64,000 nt of DNA from a bacterium (GTDB lineage Bacteria; Babelota; Babeliae; Babelales; Vermiphilaceae). Positions 21,118 through 30,409 of the stretch are shown one piece after another. A model generated the notes under the pieces. That model searched no databases. It was not told where the DNA came from and saw only the letters and a program-made list of their open reading frames with translations. Within the stretch, counting starts at the first letter, position 1. Each line of letters starts with the position of its first letter. The DNA lies in contig CP064961.1 in assembly GCA_016699125.1 (NCBI GenBank), positions 920,281-984,280 on the forward strand, given 5' to 3'. Position numbers and translations under genes: made by a program.

Positions 21118-21690
21118 ATGCATATTAAAAATTCGGTTTTGCTTATCTTTTTAACCGTTTTTGCTACACAATGCTACGAACCATCGTACGCAGAAATCAA
21201 AGAAACGGTCAATATAGCAACAAAATTTTGCTACCACACCCCTAACCTTGAAACGTTTTTTAAGCTTAAAGCTTCTGAGCTAGGAGAAGAGGCTTTTTTG
21301 AAGGATAAGGTAAAGATGATTGCCGATTGCATCAATTTTGAGTTTGACAAAGCAACTGAGAAAGAGCTTAACTCCACTCAAGAATCCTGGAAGAACAATT
21401 TAATTTATAAGCAGACGACAAACGGTAAACGGATGATAGCCGATGATCAAAAAAACTGCCATTTGAAGAAGAACATGGCAAAGTTAGCGAAAAACAATCC
21501 TACAAATAAAGGTTACTATAGACAGAGTAGAACGTGGAAAGAGGAATTTTTAAGAGGCCAAGAAGATTACAAAAAATCTCGCCCTGGACTTGGGTGGGCG
21601 TGGTCGGTTGCAAGGGCTTTATATCGCAACCGAAGTTTTTATGATATAGGGTATATGTGGGCACAAAAACAAGCTAACACAAAAGAATAA
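21118..21690 (+). CDS. secreted hypothetical protein
   Basis: 190 aa. Signal peptide (LLIFLTVFATQCYEPSYA). Followed by a strong terminator. Confidence 0.45.
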   Translation: MHIKNSVLLIFLTVFATQCYEPSYAEIKETVNIATKFCYHTPNLETFFKLKASELGEEAFLKDKVKMIADCINFEFDKATEKELNSTQESWKNNLIYKQTTNGKRMIADDQKNCHLKKNMAKLAKNNPTNKGYYRQSRTWKEEFLRGQEDYKKSRPGLGWAWSVARALYRNRSFYDIGYMWAQKQANTKE

Positions 21691-21717
21691 CACTCATCTA
21701 TTTAAAAATTTTAAAAA

Positions 21718-21755
21718 GGTGCCATGGAAATTCACCATGGCACCTGGTTTTGAAA
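21718..21755 (+). terminator. rho-independent terminator
   Basis: Perfect 10-bp stem ggtgccatgg/ccatggcacc with a 7-nt loop, then tggttttg. Confidence 0.7.
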
Positions 21756-21756
21756 C

Positions 21757-21946
21757 TCATCGAATCTCATTTTTTATACTTTAAATCTTACAAAAACTAT
21801 GGTAAAATAATTAGAATAACTGGTTTTATATGTTTCACCTAATCTCTATTTCAAGGATTGAAAATGATAAACAGTTTTGCATTACCCCTGATTTACTTTA
21901 TTCCTATTTTCGTATTTGTTTTCATTCTTTTATTTATGGTACCAAT
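21757..21946 (+). repeat. duplicated promoter-leader module of the SPFH gene (copy of 31381-31560), carrying an orphan 32-codon leader ORF
   Basis: About 90% identical to the region upstream and first 23 codons of the 31493 CDS. Contains TTTAAA-17-TAAAAT at 21780-21808. Confidence 0.8.
21780..21808 (+). promoter_or_regulatory. sigma70-like promoter (TTTAAA-17-TAAAAT), duplicate of the one at 31410-31438
   Basis: Hexamers and 17-nt spacer read directly. Same element precedes the SPFH gene. Confidence 0.35.
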
Positions 21947-22048
21947 TCATCCACGGCCTTAAAAGACCGTGGTTTTCTTGGCACATAAATAAAACGGTTT
22001 AATATTCTGCATAAAGATGGAGGTGAGCCAGAATTTTTAGAACGGATT

Positions 22049-22822
22049 TTGAATATTGCAGAAAAATTAGGTATCAATACAAAACAGGTTCAGTTTACCA
22101 TAAAAAATTCAGATACACCATCTGATGTAGCTATTGAAATTGGATTGTGTGGAAAAAAGGAAGCATTTCTTCCTCTAATTAAGATTCTTTTTAAAGATTC
22201 CTTAAAAACATGCTCAGATACAGAAATAGCCGCAGGTTTACTTCACGAATACGGGCATCTTTTAGATGGTATCATTCTATCAAACTCTCTTGAAAACACT
22301 AAAAATCCATTTAACATAATGCTTTCGCATATTCAAGAAACAAGCGCAGACATGAATGTTATCAAAAATCCAAATATTCCGATTAAAGAAAAACTTGAAA
22401 TTGCTCAAGTTGCTTACATGCATTACTTTGAAAACCATGATAAACAAGGTATTCATATGTTAAAAAGAAATTCAATCTACCCTTCGAAGTTCAAACGTGC
22501 AAGAAACTTCAAACATGGCGTACACGTCCTTTTAAATGAACCTGGCGCATTTGCCGCTGCACCAAAAACATGGCTGTCAATGAAACTGTTTGGTTTGTTG
22601 CCATCTGAAAAACATTTTGCATACTTAGCGGCAAAAACCCCGGTCGGCGACTCATTGATCACAGCAACCGTTTTGACTGCTGGTTATTGTGTCGTAACCA
22701 CCTGCAAAAAATGGTATCAGGCGTACAAAGAAAAGCGAAAGAAACAAACAGCAAAAATTGATGCTGCATCAAACCATCAAACTCCAACTGCCCAAAACAG
22801 TAATCTGGTCCTCAACCCTTAA
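22049..22822 (+). CDS. HExxH-motif membrane protein (putative zinc metallopeptidase-like; ImmA/IrrE- or SprT-like motif), paralog of 56695-57321
   Basis: 257 aa. LLHEYGHLLDG. C-terminal TM helices. C-terminal half more than 90% identical to the 56695 ORF. Confidence 0.55.
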   Translation: MNIAEKLGINTKQVQFTIKNSDTPSDVAIEIGLCGKKEAFLPLIKILFKDSLKTCSDTEIAAGLLHEYGHLLDGIILSNSLENTKNPFNIMLSHIQETSADMNVIKNPNIPIKEKLEIAQVAYMHYFENHDKQGIHMLKRNSIYPSKFKRARNFKHGVHVLLNEPGAFAAAPKTWLSMKLFGLLPSEKHFAYLAAKTPVGDSLITATVLTAGYCVVTTCKKWYQAYKEKRKKQTAKIDAASNHQTPTAQNSNLVLNP

Positions 22823-23300
22823 ATCAAAAAAGATTCAATTCATCAAACTGGCTGCAGGTTTTTTAATCCAATCACAGTGATATTTTCAGCCAGGGAAAAT
22901 GTCTGATCGTGTGGCCAGACGACATACAGATGGTCCAACGCAAGGTTTTGCAAGGCCACGTGCATTGACCTGGTAATTTTGGGCGAATCGGTGTATTTGA
23001 ATTCAAATCCTAACCTTTTCCCATTTTTGATAGTAAAAAGATCAAGCTCCGCACCACCCTGAGTCGACCAAAAAAGCAATCGTGCGACTGCAACTCATAC
23101 TGGTTGATGATCGCTTCCAGCGCAAAGCCTTCCCACGACGCACCAAGTTTTGGGTACACATACAACGCTTCAGGCTGCGCAATTGAAAGCAACGCGTGCA
23201 AAATTCCCGAGTCACGAATATAGAGTTTCGGTGATTTTACCTGCCTTTTGGCAATATTTTCAAACCAAGGCCGCAAAACACGAACCATAAACGTGCCTTC
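22487..23300. repeat. inverted segmental duplication, partner at 56230-57040 (opposite orientation)
   Basis: Covers the 3' half of the HExxH gene plus the C-terminal part of the DUF4143 ATPase gene. Near-identical by eye. Confidence 0.8.
22843..23295 (-). pseudogene. C-terminal fragment of DUF4143 AAA ATPase (copy of the 3' part of 55526-56674), frameshifted
   Basis: Two overlapping ORFs (23010-23363 and 22843-23079) together reproduce LKYIDILEGTFMVRVLRPW ... FWSTQGGAELDLFTIKNGKRLGFEFKYTDSPKITRSMHVALQ with a frameshift near 23075. Confidence 0.8.
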
Positions 23301-23317
23301 CAGGATATCGATATATT

Positions 23318-23790
23318 TTAAAACCGCCATCGCTTTGCGCTTTTGATTTAATGAAACAATCAAGCTGCTTTGACAATTTTATCTGTATAAAACAAAATTA
23401 TTTGGTTATAGCATTGAAATACGCAGAAAACGCATGCAAAGTTAAATTAAAACATCATTAAGAATAGTCACGAGTAGCACTGAAAAGCAAATAGACCGCG
23501 TAAAAAATCCACTTATGGAATGTTTATCCTATGATTTTTTACGCAATTTTGAAAAATACCACCAAGGCAAAGCATTACCGGTATTTGCTTGATGAATTAT
23601 CGCTGCAAATACATCCCAAACGCATGGATTCTGTTTTGACCCAGTTACTTTTTGTAGTTTTTCAAAAAGATCATCTGGATCCTGTGTTTTCAGTTGTTCT
23701 ATTGAATGAACACCAAGAAGCTCAAGATCCTGCAAAACGGCTTTGCCAACATTTTTAAGCGACAATAACTCTTTATTCTTCATTAATCTT
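23318..23790. repeat. direct repeat, partner at 49686-50160
   Basis: Includes the TfoX_C-like gene and ~200 bp of upstream sequence (ccatcgctttgcgcttttgatttaatgaaacaatcaagctg...). Confidence 0.8.
23529..23783 (-). CDS. TfoX C-terminal domain-like small protein
   Basis: 84 aa. LKNVGKAVLQDLELLGVHSIEQL ... CVWDVFAAIIHQANTG resembles TfoX_C (helix-hairpin-helix). Second copy at 49890-50150. Confidence 0.55.
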   Translation of the reverse strand: MKNKELLSLKNVGKAVLQDLELLGVHSIEQLKTQDPDDLFEKLQKVTGSKQNPCVWDVFAAIIHQANTGNALPWWYFSKLRKKS

Positions 23791-23809
23791 TACCTTTTAA
23801 ACTTGATCC

Positions 23810-24820
23810 CTATATTAATGTGTCAGATTCATAAGCTTTCTCAACAGTACGACCTGTCAAAAAGTTTGAAGCTAGATACTCGAATGCTTTTAATTTAAGC
23901 TTTATATCATCATTTGAGAAAAAAATCTGTTGACAATAGATCGCTATATCTTCAACGATACGGACATATCGATAATATGCAATTGCATTATGATTCACAT
24001 CTGTTTTGCCGTATCCATGATAGAATAGTTCTGATTCTTTATCAATGTTGCTTTGATCTGGCTCAATACCTGCACCAATAAACATGAGATCCCGTTCTTT
24101 TGGTGCAAAAATCAACGTATCCCAATCGACAATAAAAACGCACCCTGTTTCAGAAACAAGTAGATTCCATTTATGAAGATCTGCATGGCATAAAACATAT
24201 GGTAGATTCTGTTTTTGCAACACATCAGCAAGTTGTTTGGTACGCTCAATAATGTTTTGTATTTGAATGCTTTTTTCTTTTAAAAATACCGCTGTTTTGT
24301 GTAAAGCTACGTCTTCAAAAATATTTTGCTCGATATATTGAATCGATGATTTTAAAATGGTACACCATTTTTCTGAAAATTCTTCCTTCGGAATTACCGC
24401 TGCCATGTCAGTTGGTATATTGACACTATGCAGCTTTTTTATACTTATGCCAAATTCTACCATCTGTTCATTTGAAAATGTTCTTTCAATAGCATTTTTT
24501 CCATTAATAAATGGATATAAAATAACCTTGAATCCCATTAATGATGACCAAAGTTTTTGATCTATCGTTTCTACTGGTGCAATAACATTTTTACATCCTG
24601 AATCAGAAAGATATTTGGGAATGGTCACACTTGATTCATGAAAGGCGTTTTCTTTTCTTAATTTAAAAAAATAATCACACATTGAATTTGTCTTGACCTG
24701 ATAGACCTGTGTATCTAAATCGGCTCCCAAATTAAGGCGTGCTACATGCTTGACATCAACTGCATAGGTTGTTTGCAAAAATGAGCATATCATCTCATTG
24801 GAAATTAAATCAGAAATCAA
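23810..24820 (-). CDS. APH/ChoK-family phosphotransferase (aminoglycoside/small-molecule kinase fold)
   Basis: 336 aa. HADLHKWNLLV and IVDWD catalytic motifs (Brenner motif). Confidence 0.75.
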   Translation of the reverse strand: MISDLISNEMICSFLQTTYAVDVKHVARLNLGADLDTQVYQVKTNSMCDYFFKLRKENAFHESSVTIPKYLSDSGCKNVIAPVETIDQKLWSSLMGFKVILYPFINGKNAIERTFSNEQMVEFGISIKKLHSVNIPTDMAAVIPKEEFSEKWCTILKSSIQYIEQNIFEDVALHKTAVFLKEKSIQIQNIIERTKQLADVLQKQNLPYVLCHADLHKWNLLVSETGCVFIVDWDTLIFAPKERDLMFIGAGIEPDQSNIDKESELFYHGYGKTDVNHNAIAYYRYVRIVEDIAIYCQQIFFSNDDIKLKLKAFEYLASNFLTGRTVEKAYESDTLI

Positions 24821-24905
24821 TACAATTACCCTTGTTAAAAAAAGTTAGCGATGTAATCATTGTACCTCTGAATGATGCAAAACTCAATGAAATATGGTAT
24901 TTTAG

Positions 24906-26093
24906 CAGGGCTTACGCATGAAAAAGCTAGTAAAGAAAGGATAAAAAAGAGATAATAGTACTAAAAAAGGTATTATTATGCAAAAAAGCTTACTGGAATA
25001 CTTTGAAGAGATAAAAGACCCAAGATCAGATAGGAACAAGAAGCATCCATTAGAAATGTTGATTGGAACGACGCTATTAGCATTTTTATGTGGGATAGAT
25101 AGTTTCAGTGGAATAGAAGCATTTGTAGAGGGACATGAAGAAGAGCTTGCAAAGTATTTTGATTTTCCGGGAGGTGTGCCAAGTCATGATACATATCAAA
25201 GATTATGGGATCAGATAAGGCCAGAAGAGTTTGTAGACGCTTTTCACTCGTTCACTGCAAGCATTGTAACGATACCTCAAGAAATGAGTCTTGTAAGTAT
25301 CGATGGCAAAACAATACGTAACAGTGGAAAGGAAAAGCCTTTACACATAGTTTCTGCGTGGTGCGAAGCAAATCAGATGGTGATAGCGCAACATAAAGTG
25401 AAGGCCAAATCAAATGAAATTACTGCAATACCAGAGTTATTAAAACTGCTTGATTTACACGAAAGAATAGTAACCGTTGATGCAATTGGAGCACAACGAG
25501 AAATCTGCACTCAGATTGTCCAGCAAGGCGGTGATTATCTCATTGCAATTAAAGGAAATCAAGGCAACTTACATCAAGATATCAAGGATTATTTCAAAGA
25601 CTCTGAATTATTGGAACAGGCTGACTCTTACACAGATATTACTAAAGGTCATGAGAGAATTGAACAACGAACAGCATATGTTATTGATGACATTCAGTGG
25701 CTTATCAATACCCATCAATGGCCATCATTACGTTCGATCGGAATAATTGTTTCTACGGTCACTAAAAAAGAAAAAACTTATACTGAAAATAGGTTTTACA
25801 TCTCATCTTTGGATCGAAACGCAGAACGCTTTAACAAGGCAGCTCGCGCACACTGGGGCATAGAAAATAAACTCCATTGGCGTTTAGATGTTGTATTTAA
25901 CGAGGATAAATCTTGTATTCGCAATGATAATGCCTCTGAAAATATCGCTATCATGCGAAAATGGGCCCTCAACGTCATTCAAAAAATCAAGGATAAACCT
26001 GAGCAATCTTTAAAAGGTATCATGCGCAAAAACTGCATGTCTTTTAAACATTTGATTAAATCTCTCAGTAAAATTTTTCATGCGTAAGCCCTG
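24906..26093 (+). mobile_element. ISAs1-family insertion sequence with 10-bp target-site duplication GGTATTTTAG
   Basis: Terminal inverted repeats cagggcttacgcatgaaaaa (24906-24925) and its reverse complement at 26074-26093. Identical 10-mer ggtattttag at 24896-24905 and 26094-26103. Confidence 0.8.
24978..26087 (+). CDS. ISAs1-family (H-repeat-associated type) transposase
   Basis: 369 aa. N-terminal DDE_Tnp_1_assoc-like LEYFEEIKDPRSDRNKKHPL and the DDE region. Confidence 0.85.
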   Translation: MQKSLLEYFEEIKDPRSDRNKKHPLEMLIGTTLLAFLCGIDSFSGIEAFVEGHEEELAKYFDFPGGVPSHDTYQRLWDQIRPEEFVDAFHSFTASIVTIPQEMSLVSIDGKTIRNSGKEKPLHIVSAWCEANQMVIAQHKVKAKSNEITAIPELLKLLDLHERIVTVDAIGAQREICTQIVQQGGDYLIAIKGNQGNLHQDIKDYFKDSELLEQADSYTDITKGHERIEQRTAYVIDDIQWLINTHQWPSLRSIGIIVSTVTKKEKTYTENRFYISSLDRNAERFNKAARAHWGIENKLHWRLDVVFNEDKSCIRNDNASENIAIMRKWALNVIQKIKDKPEQSLKGIMRKNCMSFKHLIKSLSKIFHA

Positions 26094-26191
26094 GGTATTT
26101 TAGAGATTATTTGAAAATTGATACACTGACAAACTTCAAGTCAGCAGGAATAACCCAAACCAAAAAGTATATTTAAAATAATGGAAACAAG

Positions 26192-26743
26192 ATGGCGATT
26201 ATTATTGAAACAGAGAGGCTGATTTTAAGAACTTGGGAACAGAAAGACGCTGAACCATATTTTCACATCAACCAAGATCCAAAAGTCCTTGAATTTTTAC
26301 GTGGTCCGTTAACCATGCAGCAAGTTAATGATTTTATTCCAGCCGTTAACCAACATCAAGAAAAACATGGCTATACTTTATGGGCAACAGAACTCAAAGA
26401 AACTGATCAACTGATAGGTTTTGTTGGCCTTAATTATACAGACTGGCCAGCTCCATTTACACCTGCCGTTGAAATTGGTTGGCGACTAGGATCACAATAT
26501 TGGCAAAAAGGCTATGCAACTGAAGTTGCAAAAGCATCATTAGATTATGGGTTTAAAAAGTGCAAACTGCAAGAAATAGTCTCATTTACCGTCCCTGCCA
26601 ATATCCGTTCTATTCGAGTCATGGAAAAAATCGGTTTAAAACGGGATTTGAAGGGCGCCTTTTCCCATCCAAAACTTCCAGTTGATCATAAGCTGTCGCT
26701 GCATGTTTTGTATAGATTAAAGGCAACAGAATATTTAAAATGA
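26192..26743 (+). CDS. GNAT family N-acetyltransferase (RimJ/RimL-like)
   Basis: 183 aa. TERLILRTWEQKDAEPYF N-terminus and acetyl-CoA fold pattern. Confidence 0.75.
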   Translation: MAIIIETERLILRTWEQKDAEPYFHINQDPKVLEFLRGPLTMQQVNDFIPAVNQHQEKHGYTLWATELKETDQLIGFVGLNYTDWPAPFTPAVEIGWRLGSQYWQKGYATEVAKASLDYGFKKCKLQEIVSFTVPANIRSIRVMEKIGLKRDLKGAFSHPKLPVDHKLSLHVLYRLKATEYLK

Positions 26744-27748
26744 ACTAAATGATTTGACAAAATCTGCACATAACGAAGCTGATTTTAACATACTACCAAG
26801 GTGAGTTGCTTTGGGAATTATCTGTGCAACAGAAGAGGCTTGAATTTCATTTGCAGCGAATTTTTTATATTCGATTAGTTTTTCTGGAATAAACTGTTCA
26901 TCATCTGAAGCAACAACCAATAAAAAGGATTTGTCTAAAGTTTTAAATAATTCCTTTGGGTCTTCCGGTGAGGTTGCCGTGGTCATAGTAACTGAATAAC
27001 TTGGAACAATTTTTGGATCAATCCTAAGCAGCGCTTGAGGATAGTTAAAAAAGACCGCAGGACTATGCCCACAAAAAAAACCTCCCGTCAATGCATTCAC
27101 AATAAACTTCCACACACTTACACTTTTTATAAATGAAGTTGTTTGATCAAAATGATTTTTAATAGCGCCGCAATTCCTACCTAAATAAGGTGTAATCAAT
27201 ACATATCCTTTCACCAATTGATGGTGATTATAGTTACTATAATTGAGTATCATGCCAGCACCTGAAGAATGCCCGCCCACATACAATGCAGTTTCCGGAT
27301 GTTGCTTATTCACAACATTAATCGCTCTTGTCACATCATCCCAAACCTGAGTAACTGCAGGCGCATCGCCTCGAGGACCTTGAGAATAACCATGTCCTCG
27401 AATATCAAAAAGATAACAACCAATGTTTTCACGAACTAATTGCTGTGCAAATGATTGATACAATGCACTGCTATAAAATCCAGCACCATGATAAAAAATA
27501 ACCACAGCTTTTGGTGCAGTCGGCACAAATGAATAATACGCTAACTTTACACCATCAGAAGCTTTTAAAAATTGTGGCTTTTTTATAACAAAATTATGTA
27601 ACTCTTCGTTTAATTCATCGAACAAAAATGGTTCCGCACTTGTGTTCTGCATGCCAAAACTCAGTACCATCAAAATAAAAGTAGTTAAAGCGTTGATAAT
27701 CTTAATAAGCATTATTTCGCTAAAATTTATTAAATATATAAATAACAA
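26735..27748 (-). CDS. secreted alpha/beta hydrolase (lysophospholipase/monoacylglycerol-lipase-like)
   Basis: 337 aa. Signal peptide. GHGYSQG and nucleophile elbow GGHSSGAG. Confidence 0.7.
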   Translation of the reverse strand: MLFIYLINFSEIMLIKIINALTTFILMVLSFGMQNTSAEPFLFDELNEELHNFVIKKPQFLKASDGVKLAYYSFVPTAPKAVVIFYHGAGFYSSALYQSFAQQLVRENIGCYLFDIRGHGYSQGPRGDAPAVTQVWDDVTRAINVVNKQHPETALYVGGHSSGAGMILNYSNYNHHQLVKGYVLITPYLGRNCGAIKNHFDQTTSFIKSVSVWKFIVNALTGGFFCGHSPAVFFNYPQALLRIDPKIVPSYSVTMTTATSPEDPKELFKTLDKSFLLVVASDDEQFIPEKLIEYKKFAANEIQASSVAQIIPKATHLGSMLKSASLCADFVKSFSSF

Positions 27749-27803
27749 GGCATTTATAGTCTATTGTAATTCATTATTTTTGTCAAAAACAGCAACCTCT
27801 TTA

Positions 27804-28685
27804 TCAATTCATCACATCCTCAATAATCTTTTTTTGTATCTGCGCAGCCGAACTATTTTTCTCTGCGATTTGACACAATTCATATGTTGCTTTCCATAAT
27901 ACCCACGCACGTGCACGAAGCCATGTATCAGAATCCATATTCATTTCACTCATAAAAATTTGACGTGATTTTCGAGAGAAATATGTCCATGCAATAACAA
28001 GATCACATGCAGGATCTCCGATCGCTGCACCACCAAAATCAATCACAGCAGAAAGTTTGCCATCATCCATCAATAAGTTCCCGATTGCAACATCACCATG
28101 AATCCAGACGGGAGCGTTGTTCCATTTCGTCGCGCAGGCCTGATTCCATAATTCTAAGGCCTGATTTACATCGATAATCCCAGCAAGTTCTTGAATCTGT
28201 TTTCGGGCCCCTTGATCGTACACACTAACATGATCACCACGCCACCAGTTATGTTGACCTGGCAAAAGCTCTTTTAGTCCTTTAATCGTTTGTAGTTTCT
28301 TTAAAAACTGAGCCACATCATATGCAAGCTGTTCTTTTTCTTGCTCGGTTAAAGTCAAAAGATTGATACTTTTGCCAGGCAACCATTTGCATATAGAAAA
28401 TGGATATGGATAATCTGTTGAAGGTTTGCCCATTTTGATAGGAACAGGAATGTTAACGCTTAAATATTTTGCTAATTGCGGCAGTAGTTCTTGTTCTTTT
28501 GGAACTTTTAATGCATAGTCTTCGGCTATTGGCATACGAATGAGTAATTCTGACCCAAGTCTGAACGTACGATTATCATGCCCCTGTTTTTCAATATTGC
28601 TAACTGGCAGATGACTAAATTCAGGAAACTGCTTCAAGATCAATTTTCGTGCAAGCTCAACTGTTGGATTTAATACGGCATTCAT
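27804..28685 (-). CDS. APH-family phosphotransferase
   Basis: 293 aa. WIHGDVAIGNLLM and VIDFGGAAIGDPACDL motifs. Confidence 0.8.
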   Translation of the reverse strand: MNAVLNPTVELARKLILKQFPEFSHLPVSNIEKQGHDNRTFRLGSELLIRMPIAEDYALKVPKEQELLPQLAKYLSVNIPVPIKMGKPSTDYPYPFSICKWLPGKSINLLTLTEQEKEQLAYDVAQFLKKLQTIKGLKELLPGQHNWWRGDHVSVYDQGARKQIQELAGIIDVNQALELWNQACATKWNNAPVWIHGDVAIGNLLMDDGKLSAVIDFGGAAIGDPACDLVIAWTYFSRKSRQIFMSEMNMDSDTWLRARAWVLWKATYELCQIAEKNSSAAQIQKKIIEDVMN

Positions 28686-28853
28686 AACTTCTGGTTCCTT
28701 TCGTCAAGCGAGTATAACCTTACTAAACATGATCAATCATACCACATTACAAAAAATTTATGAAAATTGAAGCTAAACAGGATGTAATAATCATTTTCCA
28801 CAAATTTTTATAGCTTCTCAAAAACCAAAAAATATCGTTTTGAGCATTTTTAA

Positions 28854-30365
28854 TTGACTTACGATTCTGCTCAAAATATGCTTAAAAGATATTTCAAGCA
28901 TAAAAAGGTCTTTATGTTCAACTCTGCATTTGTTGGCCGCAACTCTGAATTAGCACGATTAAAATCTTTATACAAAAAACAAAAGCCTGCCATTGTCGTT
29001 GTAAAAGGCCGCAGAAGAATTGGCAAAAGTAGACTGATAGCAGAATTTGCCAAACTATCAGGAACCAAAAGATTTTGGAGTTTTGCAGGCCTTGCCCCAG
29101 AAAACGGCATGAGCGCACAAGAACAGAGAGATCATTTTGCTCGACAATTTGCATTCATGCTCAAAATTCCACCGCTCACTTTTCACAATTGGAGTGATGC
29201 TTTTGAGCATCTAAGTCTTTATCTTCAACCAGGAGATGTAATTCTTTTTGATGAGATTTCATGGATGGGATCAAAAGATCCTAGTTTTATTCCCAAACTC
29301 AAAGTCTGGTGGGACAAACAAACCATGCATATGCTGCTTGTATTTTGCGGATCTGTTTCTACTTGGATTGAAGAAAACATTTTGAAAAGTACCGCATTTT
29401 TCGGCCGAATTAACCTAACAATGAACCTCGAACCACTCCCCATTCCCAATAGCATACAACTATTAAAAGCACTCGGAATGCAACTTTCTGCCTATGATAC
29501 GTACAAACTGCTTAGCATTGTTGGTGGAATACCATGGTATCTAGAACAGTTTCATCCTCACATGACTGCTGATGACAACATCAAACAGCTTGCTTTTGAA
29601 AAAAATGGACTCCTTGTTACTGAATTTGATCGTATTTTCAACGATCTTTTTGATAGCAAAGGCACAACCTATAAAAAAATTCTGCATAGCCTCAAAGACG
29701 GCGCACAAACGTTATCTGAAATAAGGACAGGTATACACTTTCCACACAGCGGCACCTTAAGTCAAATGATAGAGCATCTGATCGTGGCAGGCTTTGTAGT
29801 CAAACAGTCTCTCTGGTCATTTAAAACTACAAACCCTTTAAAACAAAGCTTATATAGAATCTCAGATCCTTACATGAGGTTTTATCTTAAAGTTATTGAA
29901 CCACATTCAAATATCATCGCAGAAGGTGGATTTGACCAAGTACCACTATCAACCATAGCTGGTTTTGAAACACACCTAGGCCTACAACTTGAGACCTTAT
30001 TACTTCAAAATCGCCAGTTATTGATTGAAAAACTAGGTATTTCACCTGTCGATATTGTACGTAGCGGACCGTACAGGCAAACAAAAACAACTACTCAGCA
30101 GGGTTGTCAAATCGATTATCTGATACAGACAAAAACCAACAGCTTATTTATTTGTGAATTTAAATTCAAAAGGCGTGAAATTGGTATCGATATCATTGCC
30201 GAAATGCAGGAAAAAATAGCCAGATTAAAAGCGCCAAAGGGATTTGCAAAAGTGGCTGTATTATTCCATGTGAGTGGTGTAGCCTCTACCGTCGAAACAA
30301 GCTCCTATTTTTATCGCATCGTCGATATTGTAGATTTTTTAGAAGATCATTACCTGTCTTATTGA
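28854..30365 (+). CDS. ATP-binding protein (Arch_ATPase/AAA + DUF234-type)
   Basis: 503 aa. Walker A VKGRRRIGKSRL. Family architecture. 3' third duplicated at 50214-50715. Confidence 0.7.
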   Translation: MTYDSAQNMLKRYFKHKKVFMFNSAFVGRNSELARLKSLYKKQKPAIVVVKGRRRIGKSRLIAEFAKLSGTKRFWSFAGLAPENGMSAQEQRDHFARQFAFMLKIPPLTFHNWSDAFEHLSLYLQPGDVILFDEISWMGSKDPSFIPKLKVWWDKQTMHMLLVFCGSVSTWIEENILKSTAFFGRINLTMNLEPLPIPNSIQLLKALGMQLSAYDTYKLLSIVGGIPWYLEQFHPHMTADDNIKQLAFEKNGLLVTEFDRIFNDLFDSKGTTYKKILHSLKDGAQTLSEIRTGIHFPHSGTLSQMIEHLIVAGFVVKQSLWSFKTTNPLKQSLYRISDPYMRFYLKVIEPHSNIIAEGGFDQVPLSTIAGFETHLGLQLETLLLQNRQLLIEKLGISPVDIVRSGPYRQTKTTTQQGCQIDYLIQTKTNSLFICEFKFKRREIGIDIIAEMQEKIARLKAPKGFAKVAVLFHVSGVASTVETSSYFYRIVDIVDFLEDHYLSY

Positions 30366-30409
30366 TAAAATTACAACACAAAAATACCTTAACTTTTATC
30401 TGCTTGCAC

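Noticed and set aside
25477-25978. ORFs inside or antisense to the ISAs1 transposase gene
   Set aside because: The transposase ORF is full length and homologous to its family throughout.
28854-28916. Upstream extension of the DUF234 ATPase ORF (start at 28854 vs internal Met at ~28917)
   Set aside because: Cannot be resolved from sequence alone. The ORF-track coordinates were kept.
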